A stretch of DNA of 64,000 bases from Bacteroidota bacterium (GCA_030706745.1 JAUZNX010000006.1:140998-204997); one strand, 5' to 3'. Shown: positions 1 through 9,971, counted from the first letter of the stretch. Notes: a model not told the origin generated them from the letters alone. Numbers and translations: made by a program.

Positions 1-1
1 G

Positions 2-658
2 ATCATTATCGAGCCCATCCAGGCCGAAGGTGGCGATCACCACTTTTCGCCCGCATTCTTCCAATCGTTGCGCGAACTTGCGGACGAGAACGAAGCCATG
101 CTGATTTTCGACGAAGTGCAGACCGGCATCGGACTGACTGGGAAAATGTGGGCGCATGAGCACTTTGTCAAACCTGATCTCATGAGCTTTGGCAAAAAGA
201 CGCAAGTATGCGGATTCCTTGCCTCGAACCGCGTGGACGAGGTCCACGACAATGTCTTCCAACGCTCGAGCCGGTTGAACTCGACGTTCGGAGGCAACTT
301 GGTCGATATGCTCCGCTGCAAACGCTATCTCGAAATCATCACTGAAGAGAAACTTGTCGAGCATGCGGCGATCGAAGGCGAATTCCTGCTCGAAGAGGTC
401 GAGAAACTTGGGATGGAATTCCCCGAACTCGTTTCCGAAGCCCGCGGCCGCGGCCTGATGTGCGCGTTCGATCTGGCCGAAGCGCAAATGCGCGACCTCC
501 TAAAGGCGAAATGCTTCGAGGAAGGTCTGATTCTGATCGGCGCGGGCGACCGCTCAATTCGCTTCCGTCCGCCGCTGAACATCACACGCGAAGAACTTCA
601 GATCGGACTCAATATCATTCGGGAGCAACTCAAGGAGTTGAGTCTTAGAGATTACTAA
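2..658 (+). CDS. Class III pyridoxal-phosphate aminotransferase, C-terminal part (L-lysine 6-aminotransferase-like); 5' end lies outside the window
   Basis: The frame is open from nt 2. It translates to IIEPIQAEGG...LIFDEVQTGIGLTGKMWAHEHF...FGKKTQVCG, the class III aminotransferase signature around the PLP lysine. Stop at 658. Confidence 0.8.
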   Translation: MIIEPIQAEGGDHHFSPAFFQSLRELADENEAMLIFDEVQTGIGLTGKMWAHEHFVKPDLMSFGKKTQVCGFLASNRVDEVHDNVFQRSSRLNSTFGGNLVDMLRCKRYLEIITEEKLVEHAAIEGEFLLEEVEKLGMEFPELVSEARGRGLMCAFDLAEAQMRDLLKAKCFEEGLILIGAGDRSIRFRPPLNITREELQIGLNIIREQLKELSLRDY

Positions 659-678
659 CCAGAGAACAGACTCGCCCC

Positions 679-1803
679 TTGCCAATTACCATTTCGCCCG
701 ACGATTACTCCGCCTGGATGCGACTCCGCTTCCCGGAGTTGAATAAAGCTATCGATGATGGCCCCGCGCTCGGTGCCATCCACGCGCTCGCGGAAGAATC
801 CGTTCGTGCCTGCAGCGCAATTTCTCACGTGTGCAAGCAGGAGCGCGAGCGATTCACCTATATCTCGATGATTCACAGCTCGCTCTATCGGCACGAGCGA
901 GCTGTGCCATCGGAGGAACTGAAGCTGGCCGTGGGAAAAGTAGAATCTGTGATGATTCCGCTTGCCGCCTCGCTTGGGGTCGAGCACCGTTTCCTGGCGT
1001 TCTTCTATCTGTTGCACAATCCCAAAGTGAATGGCCTCCACGCCCAATTCCGTCCGGGACCGGGCGAGGCTGCTTTCGCGAACATCAACCGCGAAGGGAC
1101 CAAGTACTTCCAAAGTGCTGCGCTTCAATTACTCGAAGCGCACAAACGACTCTCGTCGGGATCCAAAGACGTCCTCGAACTTCTCCATAGCGCCACAGCC
1201 GACTTCGAGCGCATTGTAACATTGAACCGTGAACTGGCGCAGACGCTCGACCGCGATGAATTCAAAGCATTGACCGAGTACTTCCAGACCGTCGTGGTCC
1301 AGGGCCGCACGTTGCGCGGAGTGAATGCTGGCGACCAACCGTGGTCCTATATCATCGATCTCCTGCTTGGAGTGAATCTCAAGCACGTATTCGAGATTGC
1401 GTTCGATCGGAAGTATCCGCCAGAGGTCCAAACGGTAGCGGATGCCATCATCCACGAGTTCAATCACGGCGATTATCTTAGACGTAATTATCTGCTGCCG
1501 GAAGACTACGCGAAGCTCGAGGAAACCGAAGCCTTGTTTGCCAATGGAGCCCCAAACATCATTGCCGCAGTTGCATCGGGCGACAGCGAAATCCTGAGCG
1601 CCTTGCGCGATGTCGCCCAGACCTATCTCATGACATCGAATACGCATCTTGGTCTGGCCCGGAAGTTTGTCCCGGTCGATCCGGAAAGCCACACACAGAT
1701 TGGCTCTTCGGGGACGAATATTCAGAAATTCTTGAAGGATGGGCTGATTGATGAACGGGCACGCACCCTCGCCGTTGTGGAGCGGCTGAGGGATCAAGGT
1801 TGA
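679..1803 (+). CDS. Hypothetical protein of 374 aa with no recognisable motifs. Start uncertain: TTG at 679, first ATG at 718.
   Basis: Long ORF following the aminotransferase on the same strand, with codon usage like its neighbours. Confidence 0.5.
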   Translation: MPITISPDDYSAWMRLRFPELNKAIDDGPALGAIHALAEESVRACSAISHVCKQERERFTYISMIHSSLYRHERAVPSEELKLAVGKVESVMIPLAASLGVEHRFLAFFYLLHNPKVNGLHAQFRPGPGEAAFANINREGTKYFQSAALQLLEAHKRLSSGSKDVLELLHSATADFERIVTLNRELAQTLDRDEFKALTEYFQTVVVQGRTLRGVNAGDQPWSYIIDLLLGVNLKHVFEIAFDRKYPPEVQTVADAIIHEFNHGDYLRRNYLLPEDYAKLEETEALFANGAPNIIAAVASGDSEILSALRDVAQTYLMTSNTHLGLARKFVPVDPESHTQIGSSGTNIQKFLKDGLIDERARTLAVVERLRDQG

Positions 1804-1920
1804 GGGATGAAGGGTCGGATCCCACCCCTGTCCTTCAACCCATCATCCTTCAAACCTGCCCCGGAAACCCAACAATAAAATATTCGTTGAAACGTCAGTC
1901 GTCTATTCGTCGTCCAAATT

Positions 1921-3753
1921 ATGAAGCTCTTATTACGCTATCTTCGCGGATACCGCAAGCTCGTCCTACTGACGCTTGGCTTGGCGGCGGTCAATACACT
2001 GTTTTCGCTCGTCGATCCAATGATCTTCGCGCGGATTCTGGATAATTACGTCAAAAAGTTCGAGGCGCTCTCCTCCTCCGAATTCTTTGGGGGCGTGGGA
2101 CCGCTGATCCTGCTCATGATGGGCGCCGCGTTTGTCTCGCGAGTGGCCAAGAATTTTCAGGACTATTATACCAACGTCCTGACGCAGCGGCTCGGAGTCC
2201 AGATCTATAGCGAAGGCGTCGAGCATTCGCTCAAGCTGCCGTATCAGGTTTTCGAAGACCAACGAAGCGGTGAGACACTCGGGAAATTGCAGAAAGTTCG
2301 AACAGATACCGAGAAGGTTATCCAATCTGCAGTTGGCTTTGTGTTCACGACGCTCATCGGCGTTCTGTTCGTCATTGGCTATTCATTCTATGTTCACTGG
2401 AGCATTGTTCCGGCCTACTTCTTCGGAATGGCGGTGATCGGTTACATGAGTTGGGTACTCGGAAAGAAGATCAAGGCCATCCAAAAGAAGATTGTAACTC
2501 AGACAACCGCGCTTGCCGGATCCACGACAGAATCGCTCCGCAATATCGAGCTTGTCAAGAGTCTTGGACTTGCCGATCAGGAAATCCGCCGGTTGAACTC
2601 GACGACGGACAAGATTCTGCAGCTCGAACTTCAAAAGGTGAAGTATATCCGGCGCCTTAGCTTCCTGCAAGGGACTGTTGTGAACGGTCTGCGCAATGGC
2701 ATTCTGTTCCTCATGCTGTTTCTCGTGTTCACCCACGCGATCACGTATGGGCAGTTTTTCGCGCTGTACATTTATTCGTTCTTCATTTTCAGTCCGCTGC
2801 AGGAGCTTGGAAATATCATCAATACATTCCGAGAAGCCGAAGCATCACTTAGCATATTCGAAGACTTGCTGAAAATGCCAATCGAGAAAAAGCCGGAGAA
2901 GCCCGCAGCAATCGGCACGATTCAGAGTCTGGCATTCGACGAAGTCTCCTTCAAGCATCTCTCTTCCTCCAACTTCGCGCTCTCCAATATATCGTTTGAG
3001 ACTCGGCGGGGTGAGACCATTGCATTCGTCGGACCATCCGGAGCTGGCAAGACCACGCTGGTGAAGCTACTCGTCGGACTGTATCCACCGCAGGCAGGTC
3101 GAATCCTTTACAATGGAATTTCCGGGACGGATATCGACTTCGACGAACTCCGCGAGCGGATGGGAATGGTCACGCAGGATACGCAGCTCTTCAGCGGGAC
3201 CATCCGCGAGAACCTCAGATTCGTCCGGCCTGATGCGACGGATGCCGAGTGCATGGACGTGCTACAAAAAGCTTCCTGTCAAGGTCTGCTTGCCCGCGCG
3301 CCGGAGGGATTAGACACGGTGATCGGCGAAGGCGGCGTAAAAGTCTCAGGTGGTGAAAAGCAGCGACTCTCTATTGCGCGCGCCTTGCTCCGACAGCCGA
3401 ACCTGCTTGTGTTTGACGAGGCGACGTCTTCGCTCGATTCACTGACCGAAGAAGAGATCACGGAGACGATTCGCGAGGTTTCGAGCCGGACCGATCTCAT
3501 TACCGTCATGATCGCACACCGGCTTTCGACCATCATGCATGCCGACCGGATCTTCGTGCTCGAACGAGGCCAGATCGTCGAGTCGGGCCATCACGCCGAC
3601 TTGCTCGCGCTCAAAGGACTTTACTATGCCATGTGGCGTCAGCAGATTGGGGAGAGACATGCCCTCCATCCTGCGGGTGCGACTGTGACAGGTAATGGCA
3701 AGTTAATTACCGCGACTGGACGAGTCGAGCCGGTTAGCGCTGTTGCCCGCTAA
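1921..3753 (+). CDS. ABC transporter, fused permease/ATP-binding protein (MsbA/exporter type)
   Basis: N-terminal TM region, Walker A GPSGAGKTT, ABC signature LSGGEKQRLSIARAL, Walker B LLVFDEATSSLD. ATG at 1921. Confidence 0.9.
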   Translation: MKLLLRYLRGYRKLVLLTLGLAAVNTLFSLVDPMIFARILDNYVKKFEALSSSEFFGGVGPLILLMMGAAFVSRVAKNFQDYYTNVLTQRLGVQIYSEGVEHSLKLPYQVFEDQRSGETLGKLQKVRTDTEKVIQSAVGFVFTTLIGVLFVIGYSFYVHWSIVPAYFFGMAVIGYMSWVLGKKIKAIQKKIVTQTTALAGSTTESLRNIELVKSLGLADQEIRRLNSTTDKILQLELQKVKYIRRLSFLQGTVVNGLRNGILFLMLFLVFTHAITYGQFFALYIYSFFIFSPLQELGNIINTFREAEASLSIFEDLLKMPIEKKPEKPAAIGTIQSLAFDEVSFKHLSSSNFALSNISFETRRGETIAFVGPSGAGKTTLVKLLVGLYPPQAGRILYNGISGTDIDFDELRERMGMVTQDTQLFSGTIRENLRFVRPDATDAECMDVLQKASCQGLLARAPEGLDTVIGEGGVKVSGGEKQRLSIARALLRQPNLLVFDEATSSLDSLTEEEITETIREVSSRTDLITVMIAHRLSTIMHADRIFVLERGQIVESGHHADLLALKGLYYAMWRQQIGERHALHPAGATVTGNGKLITATGRVEPVSAVAR

Positions 3754-3755
3754 GT

Positions 3756-4646
3756 CTACTCCGACACGAATACCTTCACCAACGCGCCTTCCATGTGGAT
3801 GAAATAGAGTCCAGACGGGAGGCGCGGGATAGTCGCTGAAGTCTCTCCCACTGCAATTGACTGCTCGGTGATCCTCACACCGAGGGGTGTGAATACTTCG
3901 AGAGTTCTCGGATTCGGAGAGGATGCGAAAGCGCATTCGATGGAGCCGCCCAAGGAGCGAATGGATAAACTCCTTAATTGAGTCACCTCTCGCACTGCGG
4001 ACGTACCATTTGTAAGATGAGTGGGAGGGAAGATTCCAGAAAGGTCGGCGGAGTAGGTGCCAAGGAGTGTCGATTTGTGGCCGTCACCTGGACCGATGTG
4101 ATGGCAATACCTCTTCTCACATTGAAGACTTAGCATCTGCCCTACGCCGAGTTGTGGACATTGAATCGATGCGCTGTCGTAGGTGAGACCAAAAAGGAAT
4201 GCGCTGCCAGAATAGCTCCAATCTGCGTGATACTGAAAACTCTCCCCAGAGGAGTCAACGCTAAACTGAAGTGTGCGAATGCTATCGCTATTTGGAGCGA
4301 AGACAATCCACACTCTAAAATCTTCTCCTCCAGAGTCAAACTCGCCCGAGTAACCAATTTGGCGCTGGTACCGTAGCGTATCTCCACGGATAACTAGGCT
4401 GGCACCCTTGAGTGTAGTGTCGACAGTAACGCCTATTCCTACTAGCACAGAGTCAGCAACCCACGGGTCAGCTTCGTAGCACTGGCCAGTCGTCGAGTTA
4501 AATCCGACATGCAACAGTTGTTGCTCAACCAGGAACGTGCCACGCAGTGTGAATGGCAGCTTCCACGGACATTTCCCGCTGTCCACCGGCGTTGCCCGAA
4601 GGCTGGTTGTCATACAGAGGATCGCGATTGTCGATAGTATCCACAT
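3756..4646 (-). CDS. Secreted protein with T9SS-type C-terminal sorting domain (function unknown)
   Basis: N-terminal signal-like segment. C-terminus ...LPSGLYFIHMEGALVKVFVSE matches the Por/T9SS CTD pattern. Confidence 0.55.
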   Translation of the reverse strand: MWILSTIAILCMTTSLRATPVDSGKCPWKLPFTLRGTFLVEQQLLHVGFNSTTGQCYEADPWVADSVLVGIGVTVDTTLKGASLVIRGDTLRYQRQIGYSGEFDSGGEDFRVWIVFAPNSDSIRTLQFSVDSSGESFQYHADWSYSGSAFLFGLTYDSASIQCPQLGVGQMLSLQCEKRYCHHIGPGDGHKSTLLGTYSADLSGIFPPTHLTNGTSAVREVTQLRSLSIRSLGGSIECAFASSPNPRTLEVFTPLGVRITEQSIAVGETSATIPRLPSGLYFIHMEGALVKVFVSE

Positions 4647-4736
4647 GTAATCGTAGTTTGAATTTTGTATTCAAACCAACCAGTGACTCTCCGAATTCGG
4701 AGGGCACTCGGAATAGCCCTTTGCCATCACCACCGC

Positions 4737-5723
4737 CTACGTCAGCGGATTCGAATGCAGGAATGTCTCCTCGCCTTCATCGAGTCGGGTTAGCTCGCTC
4801 TTGATGTGCTCGAATGCGTCCTCTGGGGTATCACTGAAGTGAACGAGATTCAGATCGCTTCGAGAGATCATTCCGAATTCAGCAAGTTTATCGAAGTTCA
4901 CGATTTGCTGCCAATAATCCTGACCGTAAACGACGATCGGCATCTTCTTGCGAATCTTGCCGGTTTGGATCAGGGTGAGGAGTTCGAAGAGTTCGTCCAT
5001 CGTGCCGAACCCACCGGGGAAAATAACGAGGGCTTTACCGAGATATGCAAACCAAAATTTGCGCATGAAGAAATAGTGGAATTCGAAGTTCAGCTCATCG
5101 GTAATGTAACTGTTCGGCATTTGCTCGAAGGGCAACGCGATGTTGAACCCGATGGACTTCCCCCCGCCCAGCGTTGCGCCCCGGTTAGCTGCTTCCATGA
5201 TGCCGGGTCCGCCGCCGGAGCAAATGACATATCGTTGTTTAAAGGAGTGCGTCTTGATGGTCTCCACATTGACGTAAGGAATTTGCTCCTTCACCTGCGC
5301 GGCCGCAATCTGACCTTTTGCCACCTGCGCTCGCTCATAATTTTGCGCGGCTTTGGTGATGGACCACTCCGTGAGAAGGCGCGCCAGCTCGGATGCCTCG
5401 ACGTAATACCGTGAAAAATCGCTGTGCATCTTGGCGCGCCGCATCGCCTCATCGAGTTCGGTCTCGACATCGGGCGACATCGAGTTCGTTTGCTGGGCAA
5501 GCGAGCGAGCATTCTCAAGTTGGTGAATCTCCGCATCGACTTCTTCGGGCGACTGAATGCGGGCAGAGCCAAAGAATACAATAGTATCCCGCACGCGTGC
5601 ATGCGAGAGCCGCATGCGCGGCTCGACATACTCCGAAAGCATGCGAATGATGCGAGCTTCAGGGCTCGTCAGGAAGGATTCGTTTAAGTATGCCTTTTCG
5701 GCGCGTTGTTTGACGGCTGACAC
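4737..5723 (-). CDS. LOG family protein (cytokinin riboside 5'-monophosphate phosphoribohydrolase / lysine decarboxylase-like, long form)
   Basis: GGGPGIMEA...PGGFGTMDELFE motifs of the TIGR00730/LOG family. GTG start at 5723 confirmed by reverse-complementing the printed sequence. Confidence 0.8.
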   Translation of the reverse strand: MSAVKQRAEKAYLNESFLTSPEARIIRMLSEYVEPRMRLSHARVRDTIVFFGSARIQSPEEVDAEIHQLENARSLAQQTNSMSPDVETELDEAMRRAKMHSDFSRYYVEASELARLLTEWSITKAAQNYERAQVAKGQIAAAQVKEQIPYVNVETIKTHSFKQRYVICSGGGPGIMEAANRGATLGGGKSIGFNIALPFEQMPNSYITDELNFEFHYFFMRKFWFAYLGKALVIFPGGFGTMDELFELLTLIQTGKIRKKMPIVVYGQDYWQQIVNFDKLAEFGMISRSDLNLVHFSDTPEDAFEHIKSELTRLDEGEETFLHSNPLT

Positions 5724-5731
5724 AGTTTTAG

Positions 5732-5763
5732 GTGCTAAGTGCTAAGTGCTGAGTGCTAAGTGC
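5732..5763. repeat. Heptanucleotide tandem repeat (GTGCTAA/GTGCTGA, about 4.6 copies) 8 nt upstream of the LOG gene start
   Basis: Read directly: gtgctaagtgctaagtgctgagtgctaagtgc. Confidence 0.9.
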
Positions 5764-5808
5764 GATGTACTCGTCATTGAATAACCATCCGGATGCAAGA
5801 TTCATTTG

Positions 5809-6327
5809 TTACCAAAGGATGGCCATGGAAACAGAAAGGCCAACAATGGCCTGCGCCACAAGCGCATCGCGGGCGATCAAGGCCGATCGAGGTCGGAGAA
5901 GCCCAATGGGTGTCCAGTACGCCCAGCTAATTTGATGGCTCTGCAGGCCATTATAGACCCTGTTCTCCCATGAGCCATGCGAAGGAGGATTGAGCGCATA
6001 AGCCCAACCATAATATCCGAGATCGTCGCCCCAGGTCCACCAAATTAGATTGAATGCGATCGCCGAACTCAGACCACATGTCTTGTACAAAAAATATGTG
6101 ATCGCGGCCTGCGCCACGCTCTGAATGCCATGATAGACCCACGCAATATTGTGCAACTGCCGGACATCGAGATTGAAGCCGACATAATCGAGCAATGAAA
6201 ACGCAAGTGACGAGCCAATTACATATTCGATCCGTTGCACGCGCAAGCGATCCTGGGCTCGGGTGCTGGAAGCAAGGAGCAGAAGGCAAATAGCCATGAG
6301 AAGAAAGAGGCGCAGACAATTCACCAA
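5809..6327 (-). CDS. Small secreted/membrane protein, paralog 1 of a tandem array of four (unknown family; WWTWGDDLGYYGW motif; C-terminal ...SMAILW)
   Basis: Signal-peptide-like N-terminus then AQD. About 75% identical to paralog 4. TTG start inferred. Confidence 0.6.
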   Translation of the reverse strand: MVNCLRLFLLMAICLLLLASSTRAQDRLRVQRIEYVIGSSLAFSLLDYVGFNLDVRQLHNIAWVYHGIQSVAQAAITYFLYKTCGLSSAIAFNLIWWTWGDDLGYYGWAYALNPPSHGSWENRVYNGLQSHQISWAYWTPIGLLRPRSALIARDALVAQAIVGLSVSMAILW

Positions 6328-6851
6328 AGGAATGCCAATGAAATTGAAAACCCGACGATTGCCTGAGCAACAATCGTGCTCCGTGCGATGGAACTTCCTT
6401 TTGGTCGCACCATTCCAATTGGTGTCCAGGATGCCCAGCTGATTTCGGGATTATTCCGCAAGCCGTTATCGGTCCGATTGAGCCATGGCGATGGCAAATT
6501 AAGCGCATCAGCCCAACCATAAAATGCCAGATCATCTCCCCATGTCCACCAAGTCAAATCGAAGGCGAGTGCCGCAGGCAGGCCGCAGGTCCGATACAGA
6601 AAATAATTAATGGCCACACCAAGAGAACTTTGCAGAATATGATAGACCATCAACCCCGAACTTCCGTTATCAAAGTTGAAGACGGTTCGTCCGCCGCTAT
6701 ATGCAAGAAAATCGAACAATGAAAATGCCGCCGTCGCGCCAATCACATATTCGAACCGTTGCGCACGCAAGCTATCCTGGGCTCGCACCACCTGGCCCGA
6801 GGCAATTCCAACGAGGAGAACACTAAGAACCAATTGTCGAACGGTCACCAT
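6321..6851 (-). CDS. Small secreted/membrane protein, paralog 2 (start refined to the internal ATG giving MVTVRQLVLSVLLVGIASG...)
   Basis: Same conserved blocks: WWTWGDDLAFYGW, WTPIGMVRP, C-terminal ...LAFLW. Its start abuts the stop of paralog 3. Confidence 0.6.
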   Translation of the reverse strand: MVTVRQLVLSVLLVGIASGQVVRAQDSLRAQRFEYVIGATAAFSLFDFLAYSGGRTVFNFDNGSSGLMVYHILQSSLGVAINYFLYRTCGLPAALAFDLTWWTWGDDLAFYGWADALNLPSPWLNRTDNGLRNNPEISWASWTPIGMVRPKGSSIARSTIVAQAIVGFSISLAFLW

Positions 6852-7351
6852 AAGATACTCATGGAAAGTGCAAATCCGACCGCCGCCTGACCATACAACG
6901 CGTCGCGTGGGATGATGCTGTTGGGAGGCCTCATGAGCCCGATCGGAGTCCACCCTGCCCAGCGAATCGCATTATCACGCAAGTTATTATCGAGGTTTCG
7001 ATTCGGCCATGGAGCGGCCGGATTAATTCCGAGCTGATATCCATAAAAAGCGAGATCGTCGCCCCAGGTCCACCAGACAAGATTGAACGCGATTGCCGAG
7101 TTCAGACCACAGGTCTTATACAAGAAGTAGGAAATTGCCGCTTGTGCTACAAGTTGTAGACTCCGGTAGACCACTTTGCTATTACCCGGGTGATTGTAGA
7201 TGTCGAGATTCCAGCCCAGATAATCAGCAAGCGCAAACGTCAGTGAGGCACCGACGACATACTCGATCCGCTGAACACGCGTGCTATCCTGCGCCTGCAC
7301 GTCGGTCGCCAGAAGCATTGTGAGGACGACTGGTATGATGATCGTTCTCAT
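6845..7351 (-). CDS. Small secreted/membrane protein, paralog 3 (start refined to ATG giving MRTIIIPVVLTMLLATDVQAQD...)
   Basis: Same conserved blocks. ATG at 7349–7351 confirmed on the printed sequence. Confidence 0.6.
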   Translation of the reverse strand: MRTIIIPVVLTMLLATDVQAQDSTRVQRIEYVVGASLTFALADYLGWNLDIYNHPGNSKVVYRSLQLVAQAAISYFLYKTCGLNSAIAFNLVWWTWGDDLAFYGYQLGINPAAPWPNRNLDNNLRDNAIRWAGWTPIGLMRPPNSIIPRDALYGQAAVGFALSMSILW

Positions 7352-7356
7352 AGGCT

Positions 7357-7875
7357 TCACCAGAGAATTGCCATTGAAACGGAGAATCCAACCATCGCTT
7401 GCGCAATCAAAGCATCGCGGGCGATGAGGCTGCCTGGCGGGCGCAACACACCGATGGGTGTCCAACTGGCCCACGTAATGTGATTACTTCGAAGACCATT
7501 TCCCTCCCGGTTCTCCCAAACCCCAACGCTTTGCTTCCCGGGATTGAGCGCATTCGCCCAGCCATAATAACCGAGATCATCGCCCCATGTCCACCAAATC
7601 AAATTGAATGCGATCGTCGATGGTAAGCCAAATTTTTCGTAGAGTAAATAGCTCATTCCGGCCTGTACTGAGGATTCTATGAGTCGATACCATATCGGCG
7701 CGTGACCGTTTACATTATCGACGCGAGCGAGACTATACCCGACATAATCGGCAAGCGAGAATGCGACTGATGCGCCAATGACATATCCTAAACGTGCGAA
7801 GCGCGCACTATCCTGGGCCCGCGATGGCGAGCCGAAACACAAGAGAACGAGTAGGATAACTTCAAACGACCGCAT
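7357..7875 (-). CDS. Small secreted/membrane protein, paralog 4
   Basis: MRSFEVILLVLLCFGSPSRAQD signal, same conserved blocks, C-terminal ...SMAILW. Confidence 0.6.
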   Translation of the reverse strand: MRSFEVILLVLLCFGSPSRAQDSARFARLGYVIGASVAFSLADYVGYSLARVDNVNGHAPIWYRLIESSVQAGMSYLLYEKFGLPSTIAFNLIWWTWGDDLGYYGWANALNPGKQSVGVWENREGNGLRSNHITWASWTPIGVLRPPGSLIARDALIAQAMVGFSVSMAILW

Positions 7876-7999
7876 ATTATGTCAGTACCGCGCTTCCTGC
7901 ATCGACCACTACTTTGATCGCTGCTCGTTCGGAGAAGCCATAGCGGAAGCCTCTCCTGAAGAAGTGAATAGAACCCCATGAGGAAGGATCGAGCATGCG

Positions 8000-9634
8000 C
8001 TATCGAATGATTTGAACTGCTCGGGTCTGAATGGAGCCACAAGCATGTACCGTAACAAAATAGGTCCCGCCAAACAGTTTGCTCAAATCAATATTTGTTG
8101 CGTGGTCGCCAGTGGATTGCTCGACGGCATTTATGTGCTGGGCTGGGATTCCAAGAATGTTTGTGACTTCAATTGACACGGTCGAATGATCGCACGGAAT
8201 GGAATAGTGGAGCTCGGCCGAAGATCCTTCCGCATTCAGGATGGCACTGAGAACGAAATCGTTTTGGCGCTGTAGTGGGGTGCTTGCCACGCCGGCCTGA
8301 GGGGCAAGCTTCAATACCCAGGCATCGTTGCCACCATGATTGCCAGACACGTCGCCATCGTTAGAGGATGTGTGCCCTGCAATCATATAGCCTCCATCAT
8401 TTGTGGGAATGATACAATGAAGCCATTCATAGCCACTTCCACCAAGTCGCTGCTGCCACAACAGATTACCGCTCGAATCAACTTGCATGAGCCAACCGTC
8501 AAAGCCACCATGTTGTCCGACAGCATCCGTGTCGTTGCTCAGACCGCAAATGGTGTATGAGCCATCTCGATTTTGGACGATGGACCAGAGAGCATCGACC
8601 AGTGTCCCGCCAAAGCATCGTTGCCATTGAATATTTCCGGCGGAGTCGAGCTTGAGAAACCAGCCATCCTTTGAGCCATGATTGCCAGATACATCGAAAT
8701 CATCCGACATAGCCATCCCCCCAACTGCATAGCCACCATCAGAAGTCTGAATGATGCAATTGCCCCAGTCGTTCGCGGAGCCACCATACTGTCGTTGCCA
8801 CTGGATCAACCCGCCATTATCGAGCTTACACACCCAGAGATTATAGAATGTATCTTGGCGGGGATATCCCCCCACATCACCATCGGTCGAATTCGTAAGC
8901 CCGGTCACGGCAAATCCACCATCGCGGGTCGGGATGATCGCCTGAAAGAAGTCCCGAGCAGATCCTCCGAGATAGCGTTGCCAATTGGCTGCGCCATTCG
9001 GAGCGTTGAGTTTTACCACCCAACCGTCATCATTCTGGCTGGCGCCACCGTGGTGCGCGCCCGTCTCCGGTGTCGCTGACCGGTTGTACCCGGCAAAAAC
9101 AAGCGAGCGATCCGCCTGCTCGACAATGCCCTCAGCAGCATCTTCATTCGGGCCGCCAAATACTTTCGACATCTCAATGGCACCGGTATCATCGAGCACG
9201 ATGATCCAGGCATCGCCACATCCATTGTTCATGGGCACGTCGCCATCGCTCGACTCCGCCCGAATCGCCACGGCGTACCCGCCATCTCTGGTCTGGATGA
9301 TCTGATATGCCTCTTCATTCTGCGTTCCACCGTAGCATTTTTGCCATTCCAGGTTGCCGCTGGCATCCATTTTCACCACGTAGGCGTCCTCATTTGGGCC
9401 AGTGTGATGGCGAGGAAGATCATTGGATAGGGAATACCCGCATGCCGCGTATCCTCCATCGCGGGTTTGGATAATGGAGAAGAAATAGTCATCGCTGATC
9501 GATCCAAAGCACTTTTGCCATTGAATGCTTGGCTGCGCATGGGAAAGCTTCGGCAGCAACAGCATCGCAAGACCAAGAATCGCAAAACTCAGAATTGCCC
9601 GGATAAGAGGCGTTCGAGAGAGTAAGACCATCAC
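8000..9634 (-). CDS. Secreted repeat protein (about 9 copies of an approximately 55-aa SBBP-like beta-propeller unit: ...TRDGGYA...GxSxSxDGDVxGNHGGxDGWVVKL...WQ+) with T9SS C-terminal sorting domain
   Basis: Signal peptide. Internal periodicity visible in the translation. C-terminal ...GGTYFVTVHACGSIQTRAVQIIR. Confidence 0.6.
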   Translation of the reverse strand: MMVLLSRTPLIRAILSFAILGLAMLLLPKLSHAQPSIQWQKCFGSISDDYFFSIIQTRDGGYAACGYSLSNDLPRHHTGPNEDAYVVKMDASGNLEWQKCYGGTQNEEAYQIIQTRDGGYAVAIRAESSDGDVPMNNGCGDAWIIVLDDTGAIEMSKVFGGPNEDAAEGIVEQADRSLVFAGYNRSATPETGAHHGGASQNDDGWVVKLNAPNGAANWQRYLGGSARDFFQAIIPTRDGGFAVTGLTNSTDGDVGGYPRQDTFYNLWVCKLDNGGLIQWQRQYGGSANDWGNCIIQTSDGGYAVGGMAMSDDFDVSGNHGSKDGWFLKLDSAGNIQWQRCFGGTLVDALWSIVQNRDGSYTICGLSNDTDAVGQHGGFDGWLMQVDSSGNLLWQQRLGGSGYEWLHCIIPTNDGGYMIAGHTSSNDGDVSGNHGGNDAWVLKLAPQAGVASTPLQRQNDFVLSAILNAEGSSAELHYSIPCDHSTVSIEVTNILGIPAQHINAVEQSTGDHATNIDLSKLFGGTYFVTVHACGSIQTRAVQIIR

Positions 9635-9971
9635 CCGTTAGGAGTAGCTCGATGAATTTTGCGTTGCTTCAAACGATGAGAACTTACCATGATGGGTACA
9701 AATTCCGCTATTAAATCGACTTCATTTCGCGTGCGAGGTGTAATTCCATCCCTGGTCTAGTGTTACTTATAGTACAGGCATGCGTAATTGTCTGTAAGGT
9801 TTTGCATCAGATTCATCCGCTATGGCGCTTAGAATGGCACAATGGTTGATTTTAGGAAACATAAGGACGGTTTTGGTGGAAGGCTGAGTTTCAAGTCGTA
9901 ATTTCGAAGTGGAATGCGGGACCATACAGGTCCTTCGCCACACAAGTTTAGCTGCTGTTAGGAGAAACATT

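Noticed and set aside
6297-6327. Apparent one-nucleotide discrepancy between the printed sequence and the ORF-track frame for paralog 1 (expected ...catgagaagaaagaggcg..., printed ...catgagagaaagaggcg...)
   Set aside because: This is most likely my transcription or reading error, or a formatting issue, rather than a real frameshift or pseudogene. The ORF track, which was computed from the sequence, shows an intact frame. Coordinates near 6.3 kb carry ±1 nt uncertainty.
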